From a bacterium (lineage in GTDB: Bacteria > SZUA-182 > DTGQ01), in assembly GCA_040752695.1 (NCBI GenBank), contig JBFMGO010000074.1, forward strand, positions 1 to 31,435: 31,435 bases of DNA, in the 5' to 3' direction. Both the position numbers and the translations under genes were made by a program. This document shows positions 1 through 9,196 of this stretch, piece after piece (the first letter of the stretch is position 1; each line of letters begins with the position of its first letter). The notes beneath the pieces are model-generated. The model had not been told where the DNA came from and did no database searches. It was given only the letters and a program-made list of their open reading frames with translations.

Positions 1-1
1 G

Positions 2-196
2 AAACTGCACACGATCACCCAAAGGGTCATCCCCTTCACTCACAAATCAGAAGCCGGACGGGTGGCAGCCATCATCCAGCAATACTGCAGTGCATTGAAA
101 GGACTGGCAGCCAAAAAGGAAACCATTGAAATGATCGCCGGGCTGGAAAGGGAACTCGACAGCTTTCAGCCCTCGATTACCCAAATAGATCGATAG
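2..196 (+). CDS. 3' end of a gene entering from the left (hypothetical; helical C-terminus KLHTITQRVIPF...ELDSFQPSITQIDR*)
   Basis: Frame 2 is open from the window edge to TAG at 194-196; followed by an SD (AAGGAG) and the next co-oriented ORF. Confidence 0.6.
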   Translation, partial: KLHTITQRVIPFTHKSEAGRVAAIIQQYCSALKGLAAKKETIEMIAGLERELDSFQPSITQIDR

Positions 197-223
197 ATCA
201 TGAGAAAGGAGTGATGATACCAT

Positions 224-619
224 ATGAAAGAGCCGGAACAGTTCTTTATTCTCATCAACAATTTTATCGACAGCAACCTCTTATCATTACGAAATTCTTC
301 CTCGATCCATGTTTCCTTACGGGACAAAAAAGGAACCGTAGTCGAGGAGATCACGGAAAATGCGCTTTTATCAGACAAGGATTTCCGGGACCTGTCCGGT
401 TTGTCGATCGGCCTCACCAGGGCAAAAAAACTCGGTGCCAGAAAGATCCTGATTGTAACCAATAATATCTTTCTGGGAATCCTGATCAAAAACGAGCCTG
501 GGAAAGCATGGAGAGACAACTATGGATTTCACGCCGATATCAAAAGGCTGATCAACACCTTTGAACTGGTAGAGGTTAAGATCGTCAGCCACGAGGGAAA
601 GCAGCGCAAAGCTGCCTAG
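224..619 (+). CDS. RNase H-like fold protein (RNase HI/RVT_3-like), probably catalytically inactive
   Basis: Pattern IHVSLRDKKGTVVEEI...GLSIGLTRAKKLGARKILIVTNN...IKRLINTFELVEVKIVSHE parallels RNase HI; the acidic catalytic positions are substituted. Confidence 0.6.
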   Translation: MKEPEQFFILINNFIDSNLLSLRNSSSIHVSLRDKKGTVVEEITENALLSDKDFRDLSGLSIGLTRAKKLGARKILIVTNNIFLGILIKNEPGKAWRDNYGFHADIKRLINTFELVEVKIVSHEGKQRKAA

Positions 620-666
620 ACTGGTCTTGGCCCGTACCCGAAAATGGAAGGAGGAATTTTAACGAC

Positions 667-1302
667 ATGATGACGAATATGAGCGTAGACGACCCGGTAA
701 GTTTGGTGAGAAAGGATAGAGAGAAGGATAATAGTAAGGATACAGAGGGTGATAAACAGAAGGGAGCCCAATCGGCCATATCTTCCAAAAACATAGCCAA
801 AAAACTGCTCCGTCTCAATATGTGGTTTATCATGGTAGGTGTTTTGGCCCTGGCCACGGCTTCGATTGTTACGTTTATCATGGGTGTGATTCGGTTTTTC
901 CTGCTCATTTTGAAAGACATTCATTGGCATCATTTCAGTGTGCCACACAATTTCAACGCGGTAATCTGCGAGATTCTCGAAATAAATTTAATTGCCGTAA
1001 TTCTTTTCATTTCCGCTATCGGGCTTTACCTTCTTTTCTGGAAGGATATCCGGGTCCCTGGATGGCTGGCCGTAAACGATGTCAACCAATTGAAGGAAAA
1101 GCTGGTCGGTATCGTCATTACCGTTATGGGGGTAACCTTTCTGGAGCATATTCTGGAATGGGCTGACCCGAAAGGGACTCTTATGTTCGGGGTGGCTATT
1201 GCCTTAGTTATCATTACGTTAGTCTTTTATATAAAGGTTATGGTTTCTGAGGGGGGAGAGGGAGGAAACAGCAAGCATGAACATCACGGATCGGGAGCAT
1301 GA
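667..1302 (+). CDS. YqhA/UPF0114 family membrane protein
   Basis: Four hydrophobic segments; motifs EINLIAVILFISAIGLYLLF and PGWLAVNDVNQLKEKLVGIVITVMGVTFLEH; SD GGAGG upstream. Confidence 0.85.
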   Translation: MMTNMSVDDPVSLVRKDREKDNSKDTEGDKQKGAQSAISSKNIAKKLLRLNMWFIMVGVLALATASIVTFIMGVIRFFLLILKDIHWHHFSVPHNFNAVICEILEINLIAVILFISAIGLYLLFWKDIRVPGWLAVNDVNQLKEKLVGIVITVMGVTFLEHILEWADPKGTLMFGVAIALVIITLVFYIKVMVSEGGEGGNSKHEHHGSGA

Positions 1303-4300
1303 TGTCTATCCAAGCAAAGAACCCCGACAGGCATTGAAAGATCTTTTGCGCCTGGCCGAGACCAAGCTTGATCTTGTCTGGCGCTTTGAAGCGGGAGAGG
1401 AGATTACCAGCCTCTGCGTCGCTCATTATACGAGACACGGTGAGCAGCAAAATCAGGTCATCGTTGGCTCAAAAGACAGCTGTGTATATTCATTATCCAT
1501 TCATAAAGAGCTGTTGTGGAAGTTTTGCGCCCAGGATGAAGTCATGGCTCTTTGTACCTCGGACCTGACCGATGACGGGTCAGAGGAAATCATTGTCGGC
1601 TCGAAGGATCATCATATCTACGTTCTCAGTGCGGAGGGCTGCCTCGTAGGGGACTATCTATGCGAGGGGCCGGTAAAAGCGGTAGCTGTGGCTAAAAGTG
1701 AACAGGGCTTTTCCATCATAGCAGGCTCTTCAAATGGATATATCTATTTTTTCGACTATCGGGACGGAATCCGGTGGAAATACTTCTGTGGTGATCATTG
1801 CAGAGTCAATGGGCTGTGTGTAGCCTCTTTAGGGGATGCGAGTGACAGTGTCATTGCCATTACCAGCAAGGGGGATGTCATTATCCTGGATTACCATGAG
1901 AAGAAACTCCTGCGCAGGGTTACCAAGCCCGGCTCGCTTTACGCTGTCATAGCCCAGGACATCGATAACGACGGGGTCAAAGAGATCATCGTCAGTTCCG
2001 ACTCCTGCTGCGTCTATGCCCTGAACAGTTACGGCCGTGAGAAATGGAGGTTTAAGACTCAGGACTCGGTCTATTCCATCCACTGTTGTGATATCGACAT
2101 CGACAACCGCTTCGAGATTGTCATAGGCACACGGGATGATTATGTCTATGTGCTCGATGCCGAGGGCAGGTACGAGTGGAAGTACAAGACAGACCACAAT
2201 GTCTGGAGTATCTACAGTGCGCCCTTTTCCGATCAGATGAAATTCTGTGATCTTTTTGCGGGCCTGAGCAACCGGATGGTCTATTACTATCGGTTGCGTG
2301 ACTGGCGGCATTATTCTCATAAGATCGATGAGTGCTATACCAGGATCCTGAGTACAGGAAAAGGAGAATGGGAGGTTTTAGAAAGCTTCAGCAAAGATGA
2401 AGATGAATATCTGCGCCAGTTTGCAGCACAAAAGCTTCTGACTCTGTCCAATGGCCAGCCTTCGACACAAAATATCCTGGTTTGCTTAAGGAGCATGCTC
2501 AAAGACCACTCTCCCAGGGTCCGGGCTGCGGCGGTGAGGAGCCTGGTGGGGTTATCTGAATACAACCCCGATCTGGTTGTCAGGATTTTCTCTACCGAAA
2601 CCTTTGAACAGGATGAAACCGTGCGCCTGCGGATCATTCAGGGATTATCCGTCATAGCTTTGAATTCACCGGCCAAAAGAGGAGATATTTTCAACCACTT
2701 GCAAAGACTGAGTCAGCAGTGGGAGCAAATCGACCGCAAGGCCATTATCAACCTGTTCGATGTTGCCCAGACTGAATTCATTACCGGCAACCTCAATGAG
2801 GCCATGATCGATTTTCAGTTCCTGGCCAACCGGGGAATCGACCTTGTCTCGAAATATAAAACCGACGGTTATGTGTGCTCTTTAGCCTGCGGCACCATGG
2901 GCCCGTGCGGTGGCAGTTCGGTCATTGCCGTGGCCTCGCGGAACAATCATCTTTATGTCTTCGATCACCGGGGAAAACTGAAATGGGACAGACTGACGGA
3001 AACCTATGCCCAGAGGATCTTTATCGAGGACGTGGACCTGGACGGTTGTCCCGAAATCGTCGTTGGCGAGGCCAATGGAACATTCCAGTTCTTCTCCGAG
3101 CATGGAGAGGAGAAAGGCAGATTTGTCTTTCAAACTCAGATGAATGATTTTTCCCTCGTTAAAAACGGATATGGAAAAGTCGATGGTCTGGTGATCGGGA
3201 CCCAGGAGGGAATGGTTTATTTCTTCGATTCTTCTTGGCAGGAACAGTGGCGGTTTCAAACCAAAACCTGTGTTTTGAGTGTTTATGCAGAGGATATCGA
3301 TCGTGACGGATTCCCCGAGATAGCTGTCAGCACCCTGCATGGCCATCTGTTTCTCCTTGACCAGAAAGGGAAAATGCGCTGGGAGAGAAATTTTCAAAGT
3401 GACATCAGAGCCATCAGCTCATTGCGGGAGGAGACAACGGACCTGATCATCGGCACCCGGAGCTGGAAAATTTACGCCATAGACTGCCGGGGCACAATCA
3501 GGTGGCTGCAATCGAGCGATCAGGTGATCAACAGGATCTGGATATCTCAAATTCATGATTCCAAAAGGATTGTGGTCGCTACCCAAGGGGCTTCGCTCCT
3601 TGTTCTGGATGCCAAAGGGAACAAGACCGGAAAAGTGGAGACCTTTTCCAGCGTCACTGCCCTGGCCTGTGCCGATATCAATCGGGACGGACAAAAAGAA
3701 ATTGTCCTTGGGACCCAGGACGACTATGTGTATATCTACCAGTTCATCGACAGGCAGGCAGTTGATGCCTATATCAAAAGGTGTAAGGAATTATCTGAGA
3801 TTTTTGGCAAAAAATTATCCTTTCCAAGAAACGATATCCTGAAGCTCATCAAGGTCAATTTTGAAAGCAGGGAGAAAAAGGATAAAGTCGTTCTGGTCGG
3901 CTATCTTGGGTCTGGGAAAACGAATCTTCTCTGGCAGGTCGGCTCTGGAGCCTTGGGTGCCCGGTACCTTCCGGTCTATATCAATCTTCAATATGCCAGA
4001 CTCGGCAGCCTGGCTGATTTCGTCTGGGATTTTGCGGAAAAAATCACCAAGGATCTGTGCCGCAAGGGAATAAATCCTTCCTGCCCTTCCAAATCCGAAT
4101 TCGCTGACAATTGTCTTGAGGTATTCCGCATCTTTTTTAAAGGCATAGCAGCTCAGTTGGACGAAAAGGTACTTCTGATTCTCCTTGACGATTTTGACCG
4201 GTTGCAGTCAGAGGTTGCCAATGAAAACATGAGCTATGACATCTTCAACCTGTTTGAAGGCATGATCAATACCGATAAGTGCTATTTCGTTCTGACCGCC

Positions 4301-6613
4301 TCCTCCTATGATTTTGACATGGAGAGAAGGGAAGGAAACAGCTTCCTGAGCAACGCCCTTATCAAGGATGTGAACTTTGTTGACCGGTTCAGCGTCCAGC
4401 AGGAACTTTTCCGCCAATTGGGAGAGGATCTTGAAGACAAGGAGGATGCAGTCAATAAAATCCTCGAGATCACCGGCAGTCATGCACATTATCTGCAGAT
4501 CGCCTTCAATATCATATCGGCCTATCTCGAACGGACCAAGAAAAACCGCCTGACCAATAAGGACTGGGCTGACCTTTATTTCAGAATCATGGAAGCCATC
4601 GAGGAAGAACTCCTCAACCCCTGGGAAACGTTTCAGGCATGGGAAAAAGTGGTTCTCTCCTCCCTGGCCAGACTCAATCCCTACGGGGCAACTATCTCGG
4701 ACATCAAGAAGAACCTCGGCCTCTTTACCCCCTTGGTCTCAAGCCATCATCTGGCCAACGTTCTGAAGGACCTGACCAGAAAGTCCATTTTAAACGAGAT
4801 ATTCACCGACAGGGATATCCACTACAATTTTACGATCTCCGTTTTCCGGGACTGGATAAAAAAGAAAACCAATCCTTTCCAGGTAATCAGCGAGAATGCC
4901 GAGGACATCCTGCAGGAGGTCCCCTTACGGCTCTTTTACCATCAGCACAGATCCTGCCAGCACAGAAAGCAGATGGATTTATTCCTCCAGACGATCGGCC
5001 TTGAATTCAAGCAATGGAAGGTGCTGGCAACCTTATCTCAAAAGTGGTCCCGGTTGATTGACCGCAAAGGTGAAATCAATAAAACGGCGCTCCTGGATTT
5101 TGTCCGCTGTTTTGCCAAACTGCTGGGCTTTTCAGTCAACGAAGTTCTTGAGTATCCCAGGCTTTCCTGCTTCCGGTTCGATACGCCCGCTCTGCGCCTC
5201 AAAAAGCTGGCCGGTATGATCCTGGCCGTTCCTCTTACCTGCAAGCCGGACGAGACCGATTTTCAGACCCTGATCGGCGTGATTGCCAATCTCGATGCTG
5301 CGCCCAATACCTTCATGGTCCTGGAACTGGAAGAGACTTGCATCTTCGAGAAACTGGTAGCCAACTCCAAGCTTGACCTTGTCCTTTTGGACCAGGAGCG
5401 TATCAAGAGTATTTTCCTGTCCGAAAATTATCTCCAGGCCCTGATCGATGACGTTATCCTGCGCTATGTGGACTTTGTCGATCTTTCTCCCTACGAGACC
5501 ATGGGACCGGTGGACAGCATGTTTTTCGGCAGGCTGGAAGAGATCAAGACCATGAGGCAGCTCTCGCATAAAAGCTTTGCCATCATCGGTGCCCGGCAGC
5601 TCGGCAAGACCTCGCTTATGCTTAAAGTCCGCAATCTCATCTGCCACGATGCCAAGATCAGAACCCTCTTTTTGGATTGCAGTACCTACTATGATTCCCT
5701 CAGCCTTTGTCAGGCCATTATCGATGGAGTTCACCCAGCTTCTGCCAATGACAAAAGCCTTGACCAGAGGGGCTCTTACCTTATCGAAAATCTGGGTGAT
5801 TTCAAGAGAACCATCCACGAGCTGTGCAAAAATGAGGGAATCAAGCTCGCCCTCTTCCTTGATGAAATCGATACCCTTTTAGCTATCGACAAAGAGCAGA
5901 ATGAATTACTTTTTAAAACCTTTCGCGCCCTGTCACAGGAGAATGCGATCAGCCTGATCGTGGCCGGGTATGAGGAGCTTTTTATCAGGACAAAAGACAT
6001 TAAATCGCCTCTGTTTAACTATCTGGAACTGATCAGGCTCTCCTGTCTGGACAAAAGAGCCGCGGCCCAACTGGTTACCGAGCCGATCAAGGAATTGGGT
6101 ATTCGCCTCCAGGACGAAAAGGCCATCGTCGAGGAAATCTGCGAAATCAGCTCCTGTTTTCCGAACCTTATCCAGTATATCTGTAAGAGGTTAATCCACC
6201 TCATTGCCTCCCAGAGACGCAGGGTGATTTACCCTACGGATCTGGCCCAGGTGAAAAAGGATCCGGACTTTCAGGATTATCTTTTAAGCAGGTTTTTTAC
6301 CAACCTCACTCCATTGGGCAAGGCCATCACTCTTCTTCTGGCAGGAGGGAGGCAGGAAATGACTCTCTCCCTGGTTGATGAAAAGTTAAGGCAGAACAAC
6401 GTTTACCTATCAATGCAGGAATTGTCCGAAGAAATCGACAGATTGATCATAGCCTCCGCATTTTCCCGGACAAAACAGGGCCTGCGGTTTACCTTACCCT
6501 ATTTTTCACAGATCCTTGCTCAAAATATGGAAAAGGAACTCTTATTAAAACAACTTCTACGAGAGGTATATAATGGAAAATCATCAGCGACCATCAAAGA
6601 CCATTCCCTTTAA
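1277..6613 (+). CDS. 1778-aa multidomain protein: beta-propeller (FG-GAP/PQQ-like blades) - HEAT repeats - second beta-propeller - STAND-type NTPase 1 - linker - STAND-type NTPase 2
   Basis: Repeats DIDNDGVKEIIVSS / DVDLDGCPEIVVG / DINRDGQKEIVLGT with W(K/R)F(K/Q)T blades; HEAT-like DHSPRVRAAAVRSL; Walker A GYLGSGKT + Walker B LLILLDDFD; SPYETMGPV..FFGR, GARQLGKTS + LFLDEID; no signal peptide. Confidence 0.9.
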   Translation: MNITDREHDVYPSKEPRQALKDLLRLAETKLDLVWRFEAGEEITSLCVAHYTRHGEQQNQVIVGSKDSCVYSLSIHKELLWKFCAQDEVMALCTSDLTDDGSEEIIVGSKDHHIYVLSAEGCLVGDYLCEGPVKAVAVAKSEQGFSIIAGSSNGYIYFFDYRDGIRWKYFCGDHCRVNGLCVASLGDASDSVIAITSKGDVIILDYHEKKLLRRVTKPGSLYAVIAQDIDNDGVKEIIVSSDSCCVYALNSYGREKWRFKTQDSVYSIHCCDIDIDNRFEIVIGTRDDYVYVLDAEGRYEWKYKTDHNVWSIYSAPFSDQMKFCDLFAGLSNRMVYYYRLRDWRHYSHKIDECYTRILSTGKGEWEVLESFSKDEDEYLRQFAAQKLLTLSNGQPSTQNILVCLRSMLKDHSPRVRAAAVRSLVGLSEYNPDLVVRIFSTETFEQDETVRLRIIQGLSVIALNSPAKRGDIFNHLQRLSQQWEQIDRKAIINLFDVAQTEFITGNLNEAMIDFQFLANRGIDLVSKYKTDGYVCSLACGTMGPCGGSSVIAVASRNNHLYVFDHRGKLKWDRLTETYAQRIFIEDVDLDGCPEIVVGEANGTFQFFSEHGEEKGRFVFQTQMNDFSLVKNGYGKVDGLVIGTQEGMVYFFDSSWQEQWRFQTKTCVLSVYAEDIDRDGFPEIAVSTLHGHLFLLDQKGKMRWERNFQSDIRAISSLREETTDLIIGTRSWKIYAIDCRGTIRWLQSSDQVINRIWISQIHDSKRIVVATQGASLLVLDAKGNKTGKVETFSSVTALACADINRDGQKEIVLGTQDDYVYIYQFIDRQAVDAYIKRCKELSEIFGKKLSFPRNDILKLIKVNFESREKKDKVVLVGYLGSGKTNLLWQVGSGALGARYLPVYINLQYARLGSLADFVWDFAEKITKDLCRKGINPSCPSKSEFADNCLEVFRIFFKGIAAQLDEKVLLILLDDFDRLQSEVANENMSYDIFNLFEGMINTDKCYFVLTASSYDFDMERREGNSFLSNALIKDVNFVDRFSVQQELFRQLGEDLEDKEDAVNKILEITGSHAHYLQIAFNIISAYLERTKKNRLTNKDWADLYFRIMEAIEEELLNPWETFQAWEKVVLSSLARLNPYGATISDIKKNLGLFTPLVSSHHLANVLKDLTRKSILNEIFTDRDIHYNFTISVFRDWIKKKTNPFQVISENAEDILQEVPLRLFYHQHRSCQHRKQMDLFLQTIGLEFKQWKVLATLSQKWSRLIDRKGEINKTALLDFVRCFAKLLGFSVNEVLEYPRLSCFRFDTPALRLKKLAGMILAVPLTCKPDETDFQTLIGVIANLDAAPNTFMVLELEETCIFEKLVANSKLDLVLLDQERIKSIFLSENYLQALIDDVILRYVDFVDLSPYETMGPVDSMFFGRLEEIKTMRQLSHKSFAIIGARQLGKTSLMLKVRNLICHDAKIRTLFLDCSTYYDSLSLCQAIIDGVHPASANDKSLDQRGSYLIENLGDFKRTIHELCKNEGIKLALFLDEIDTLLAIDKEQNELLFKTFRALSQENAISLIVAGYEELFIRTKDIKSPLFNYLELIRLSCLDKRAAAQLVTEPIKELGIRLQDEKAIVEEICEISSCFPNLIQYICKRLIHLIASQRRRVIYPTDLAQVKKDPDFQDYLLSRFFTNLTPLGKAITLLLAGGRQEMTLSLVDEKLRQNNVYLSMQELSEEIDRLIIASAFSRTKQGLRFTLPYFSQILAQNMEKELLLKQLLREVYNGKSSATIKDHSL

Positions 6614-7775
6614 ATTCACCGGTCCCCTGGACCCGGAGCAGGACAGCCTGGTCAGCATTATCAGACACGAGGAATTAAAAGAGGTTATCAAAGGGGTAAG
6701 CAATCAGACCTATTACGCACTGGTTGGTCCACGGCAGACGGGAAAGACAACCTTCCTTTTTCAGCTATCGAAGGAAATCGCTCACAGTTTACCCGGCTTT
6801 TTGGGAGTCTATCTTACCCTGGAAGACCTTGTTCAGGTAAAACATGAGGAATTCTATAAAAATTTCGCCCGCAAAATCGTTTCTTCCATCAGTAACCGCT
6901 ATCAGCTTCAGCCAGCCTCACTCAAGGACCACTACAAAACGATAAGCACGAACCTGGACCTCAAGGATTTCCTCCTGGAATTAGCCAAGGCCAAACTGCG
7001 GCCCCATGACCCTGACGAACTGCACTCTCAGGATGACGAAGGGTGCATAGATTTCGAGCCGAAAGAATATAAGGGCTTGAAATTTATTCTCCTGGTTGAC
7101 GAGATCGACGCTATTCCTCACGATATCATGATCGAATTCGTCAAAACCGTCCGCTCCCTTTTCATCGAGCGCCTCTCCGTGGCAGGATTCAGGTGTTACA
7201 CCATGGTTCTATGCGGTTCGGCTGATCTTGCTTCGCTCACCTATGGCAAAACCTCTCCCTTTAATATCAGCAAGGTCATTTATCTCAGAGACTTCTCTTA
7301 TGAGGAAATCCGCAGGTGGCTCAATGGAGCCTTTCAACACCTTGAAATCCACTTTTCCGATTCCTTCGCTCAGCAGCTTTTCAGCCAGACCCAGGGACAT
7401 CCCTATCTCACCCAGATACTCTGCTTCAAAATTCTGACGCAACTTCAGAAGGAAAACCGCCATGAGGCAACTGTGGATGATTTCCAGGTGATCGACGAGA
7501 TCATTACCGATGGAGACATCAACCTTCTCACTACCCTGGAGAGGATCAAAACGGATGAAATCCTGCAGGAGATGACCCTGAAAATTCTAAAAGGTGATGC
7601 TATTCGATATTCAAGAACGCATGATATCATTTACCATCTGGAACTGGCCGGAGCCATCCGGAGAAAAGATGAATATTGCCGGATAAGAAACCCTATCTAC
7701 GAAAAATTTTTTAAGCAGCATTTCAGCTTTTCTGATCACAATGCATCTTTAAACAATTGTGCTCTCAAGAATTGA
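6573..7775 (+). CDS. Stand-alone AAA_35-like STAND P-loop NTPase
   Basis: PFKFTGPLDP, Walker A GPRQTGKTT, Walker B ILLVDEID, SPFNI, TQGHPYLTQ, RNPIYE; overlaps the upstream gene by 41 nt. Confidence 0.88.
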   Translation: MENHQRPSKTIPFKFTGPLDPEQDSLVSIIRHEELKEVIKGVSNQTYYALVGPRQTGKTTFLFQLSKEIAHSLPGFLGVYLTLEDLVQVKHEEFYKNFARKIVSSISNRYQLQPASLKDHYKTISTNLDLKDFLLELAKAKLRPHDPDELHSQDDEGCIDFEPKEYKGLKFILLVDEIDAIPHDIMIEFVKTVRSLFIERLSVAGFRCYTMVLCGSADLASLTYGKTSPFNISKVIYLRDFSYEEIRRWLNGAFQHLEIHFSDSFAQQLFSQTQGHPYLTQILCFKILTQLQKENRHEATVDDFQVIDEIITDGDINLLTTLERIKTDEILQEMTLKILKGDAIRYSRTHDIIYHLELAGAIRRKDEYCRIRNPIYEKFFKQHFSFSDHNASLNNCALKN

Positions 7776-7863
7776 AGCATAAGGGGTAGAAAGATTGAAG
7801 CACAAAGGGTAAAAGAGATTGAAGCATAGGTGAAGAAGAGATCGAAACATATGTGAAGGAGAG
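7771..7863 (+). repeat. Four degenerate ~23-bp purine-rich tandem repeats (core ATTGAAGCA)
   Basis: attgaagcat 7771, attgaagcac 7794, attgaagcat 7818, atcgaaacat 7841; periods 23/24/23. Confidence 0.75.
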
Positions 7864-7871
7864 AAGGACAC

Positions 7872-9185
7872 ATGAAAGATGGTTACACGAGCGATTCCCT
7901 CCATACCATTGAGCGGATTTTTAGAGAACCATTTGAAATAAAAGAAGGCAGGGACAGCCGCACCGGCAGTGAATCTTCTCTGCACATTCTTCTTGTCGAT
8001 GACGAGGAAATTGTCCACCAGACCATCGGCCCCTACCTTCGGGATTGCGGCCACCATGTGGACAATGCCTGGGAGGGCACGAGTGCTCTGGAATCGATCG
8101 AGGAAAAAGATTATGATCTTGCTCTTATCGATATCAGGATGCCGGGAATGGACGGGCTCTCGGTGCTGTCAGCAATCGGAGAGATCCGGCCTGAATTGTC
8201 TGCGGTCATTATCACCGGTCATGGCAATATGGAAACCGTTATCCAGGCACTGAGACTGGGTGCGGCGGATTTTCTGACCAAGCCGATCAAGCTGCTTGAA
8301 CTGGATGCGGTCCTGGAAAAGTCGATTCGTATACGCAATCTGCGCCAGGGGCAGCGCCGTTTGAGGGAAACCATCAGAGGGATACAGACCTCGGAGGACA
8401 GCCGCTTCAAGAACCGCTGTCTGGTGGGAGTCAGCCAGGCCATCGGCGAAGCTCACCGGCAAATCCGGGTGGCAGTGGACGCAGGATGCGAAAATGTCCT
8501 GATCTCAGGAGAATCCGGCACAGGAAAAGAAATCGCAGCCCGCGAGATCCACTTTCTGAGTGGAGGAGACGACAGGCCGTTCATAGCGGTAAACTGCCCT
8601 GCCCTGCCTGACCCCCTGGTCGAGAGTGAACTGTTCGGCCACGCCAAAGGAGCATTCACCGGAGCCACTATGGACAAGGCAGGCTATTTTGAGCTGGCTG
8701 ACGGCGGCACGCTCTTTCTGGATGAAATTACCGATCTTTCCCCTTCAGCCCAGGCCAAACTACTCCGGGTACTGGAAACACGAAAATTAAGGCGGGTGGG
8801 CGGATCGAGCGAAATAGATATCCATGTCCGGCTCATCGCCACTACCACCATCCCCCTGGAAGAGCTTATGGAATTGCCAAAGTTCAGGAAAGATTTTTTC
8901 TACAGACTCAATATTTTTACGATCAAGCTCCAGCCCCTCAGGGAGAGACAATTGGATATTATCCCCCTGGCCGAGCATTTCCTTTCAACCTACCTGGCTG
9001 GCCGCAACAACCGCATCAACGGCTTTTCACAGGAAGCCAAGGAAATACTGCTCAATTACCCCTTCCCCGGTAATGCCAGGGAACTGCGTAACGTGGTCGA
9101 GCGAGCAGCTATCCTTTGCCGCTCCGGCCTGATCGAGCCGATACACCTCAATCCGCCCAAGCTCACGCCAGGAAAAAAAGATTAG
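7872..9185 (+). CDS. Sigma54-dependent response regulator (NtrC family: receiver + AAA+) lacking the C-terminal Fis-type HTH
   Basis: ILLVDDE, phospho-Asp in [51 protein letters not shown]; ends about 24 aa later with no HTH. Confidence 0.92.
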   Translation: MKDGYTSDSLHTIERIFREPFEIKEGRDSRTGSESSLHILLVDDEEIVHQTIGPYLRDCGHHVDNAWEGTSALESIEEKDYDLALIDIRMPGMDGLSVLSAIGEIRPELSAVIITGHGNMETVIQALRLGAADFLTKPIKLLELDAVLEKSIRIRNLRQGQRRLRETIRGIQTSEDSRFKNRCLVGVSQAIGEAHRQIRVAVDAGCENVLISGESGTGKEIAAREIHFLSGGDDRPFIAVNCPALPDPLVESELFGHAKGAFTGATMDKAGYFELADGGTLFLDEITDLSPSAQAKLLRVLETRKLRRVGGSSEIDIHVRLIATTTIPLEELMELPKFRKDFFYRLNIFTIKLQPLRERQLDIIPLAEHFLSTYLAGRNNRINGFSQEAKEILLNYPFPGNARELRNVVERAAILCRSGLIEPIHLNPPKLTPGKKD

Positions 9186-9196
9186 GAGGCAAATGG

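Noticed and set aside
5132..5818. 228-aa minus-strand ORF and other short ORFs within 1277-9185
   Set aside because: Shadows of well-supported + strand genes
1277..7775. Assignment to a known Avs or MoxR-vWA ternary conflict system
   Set aside because: No recognisable effector domain, MoxR ATPase or vWA gene in the window; domain order differs
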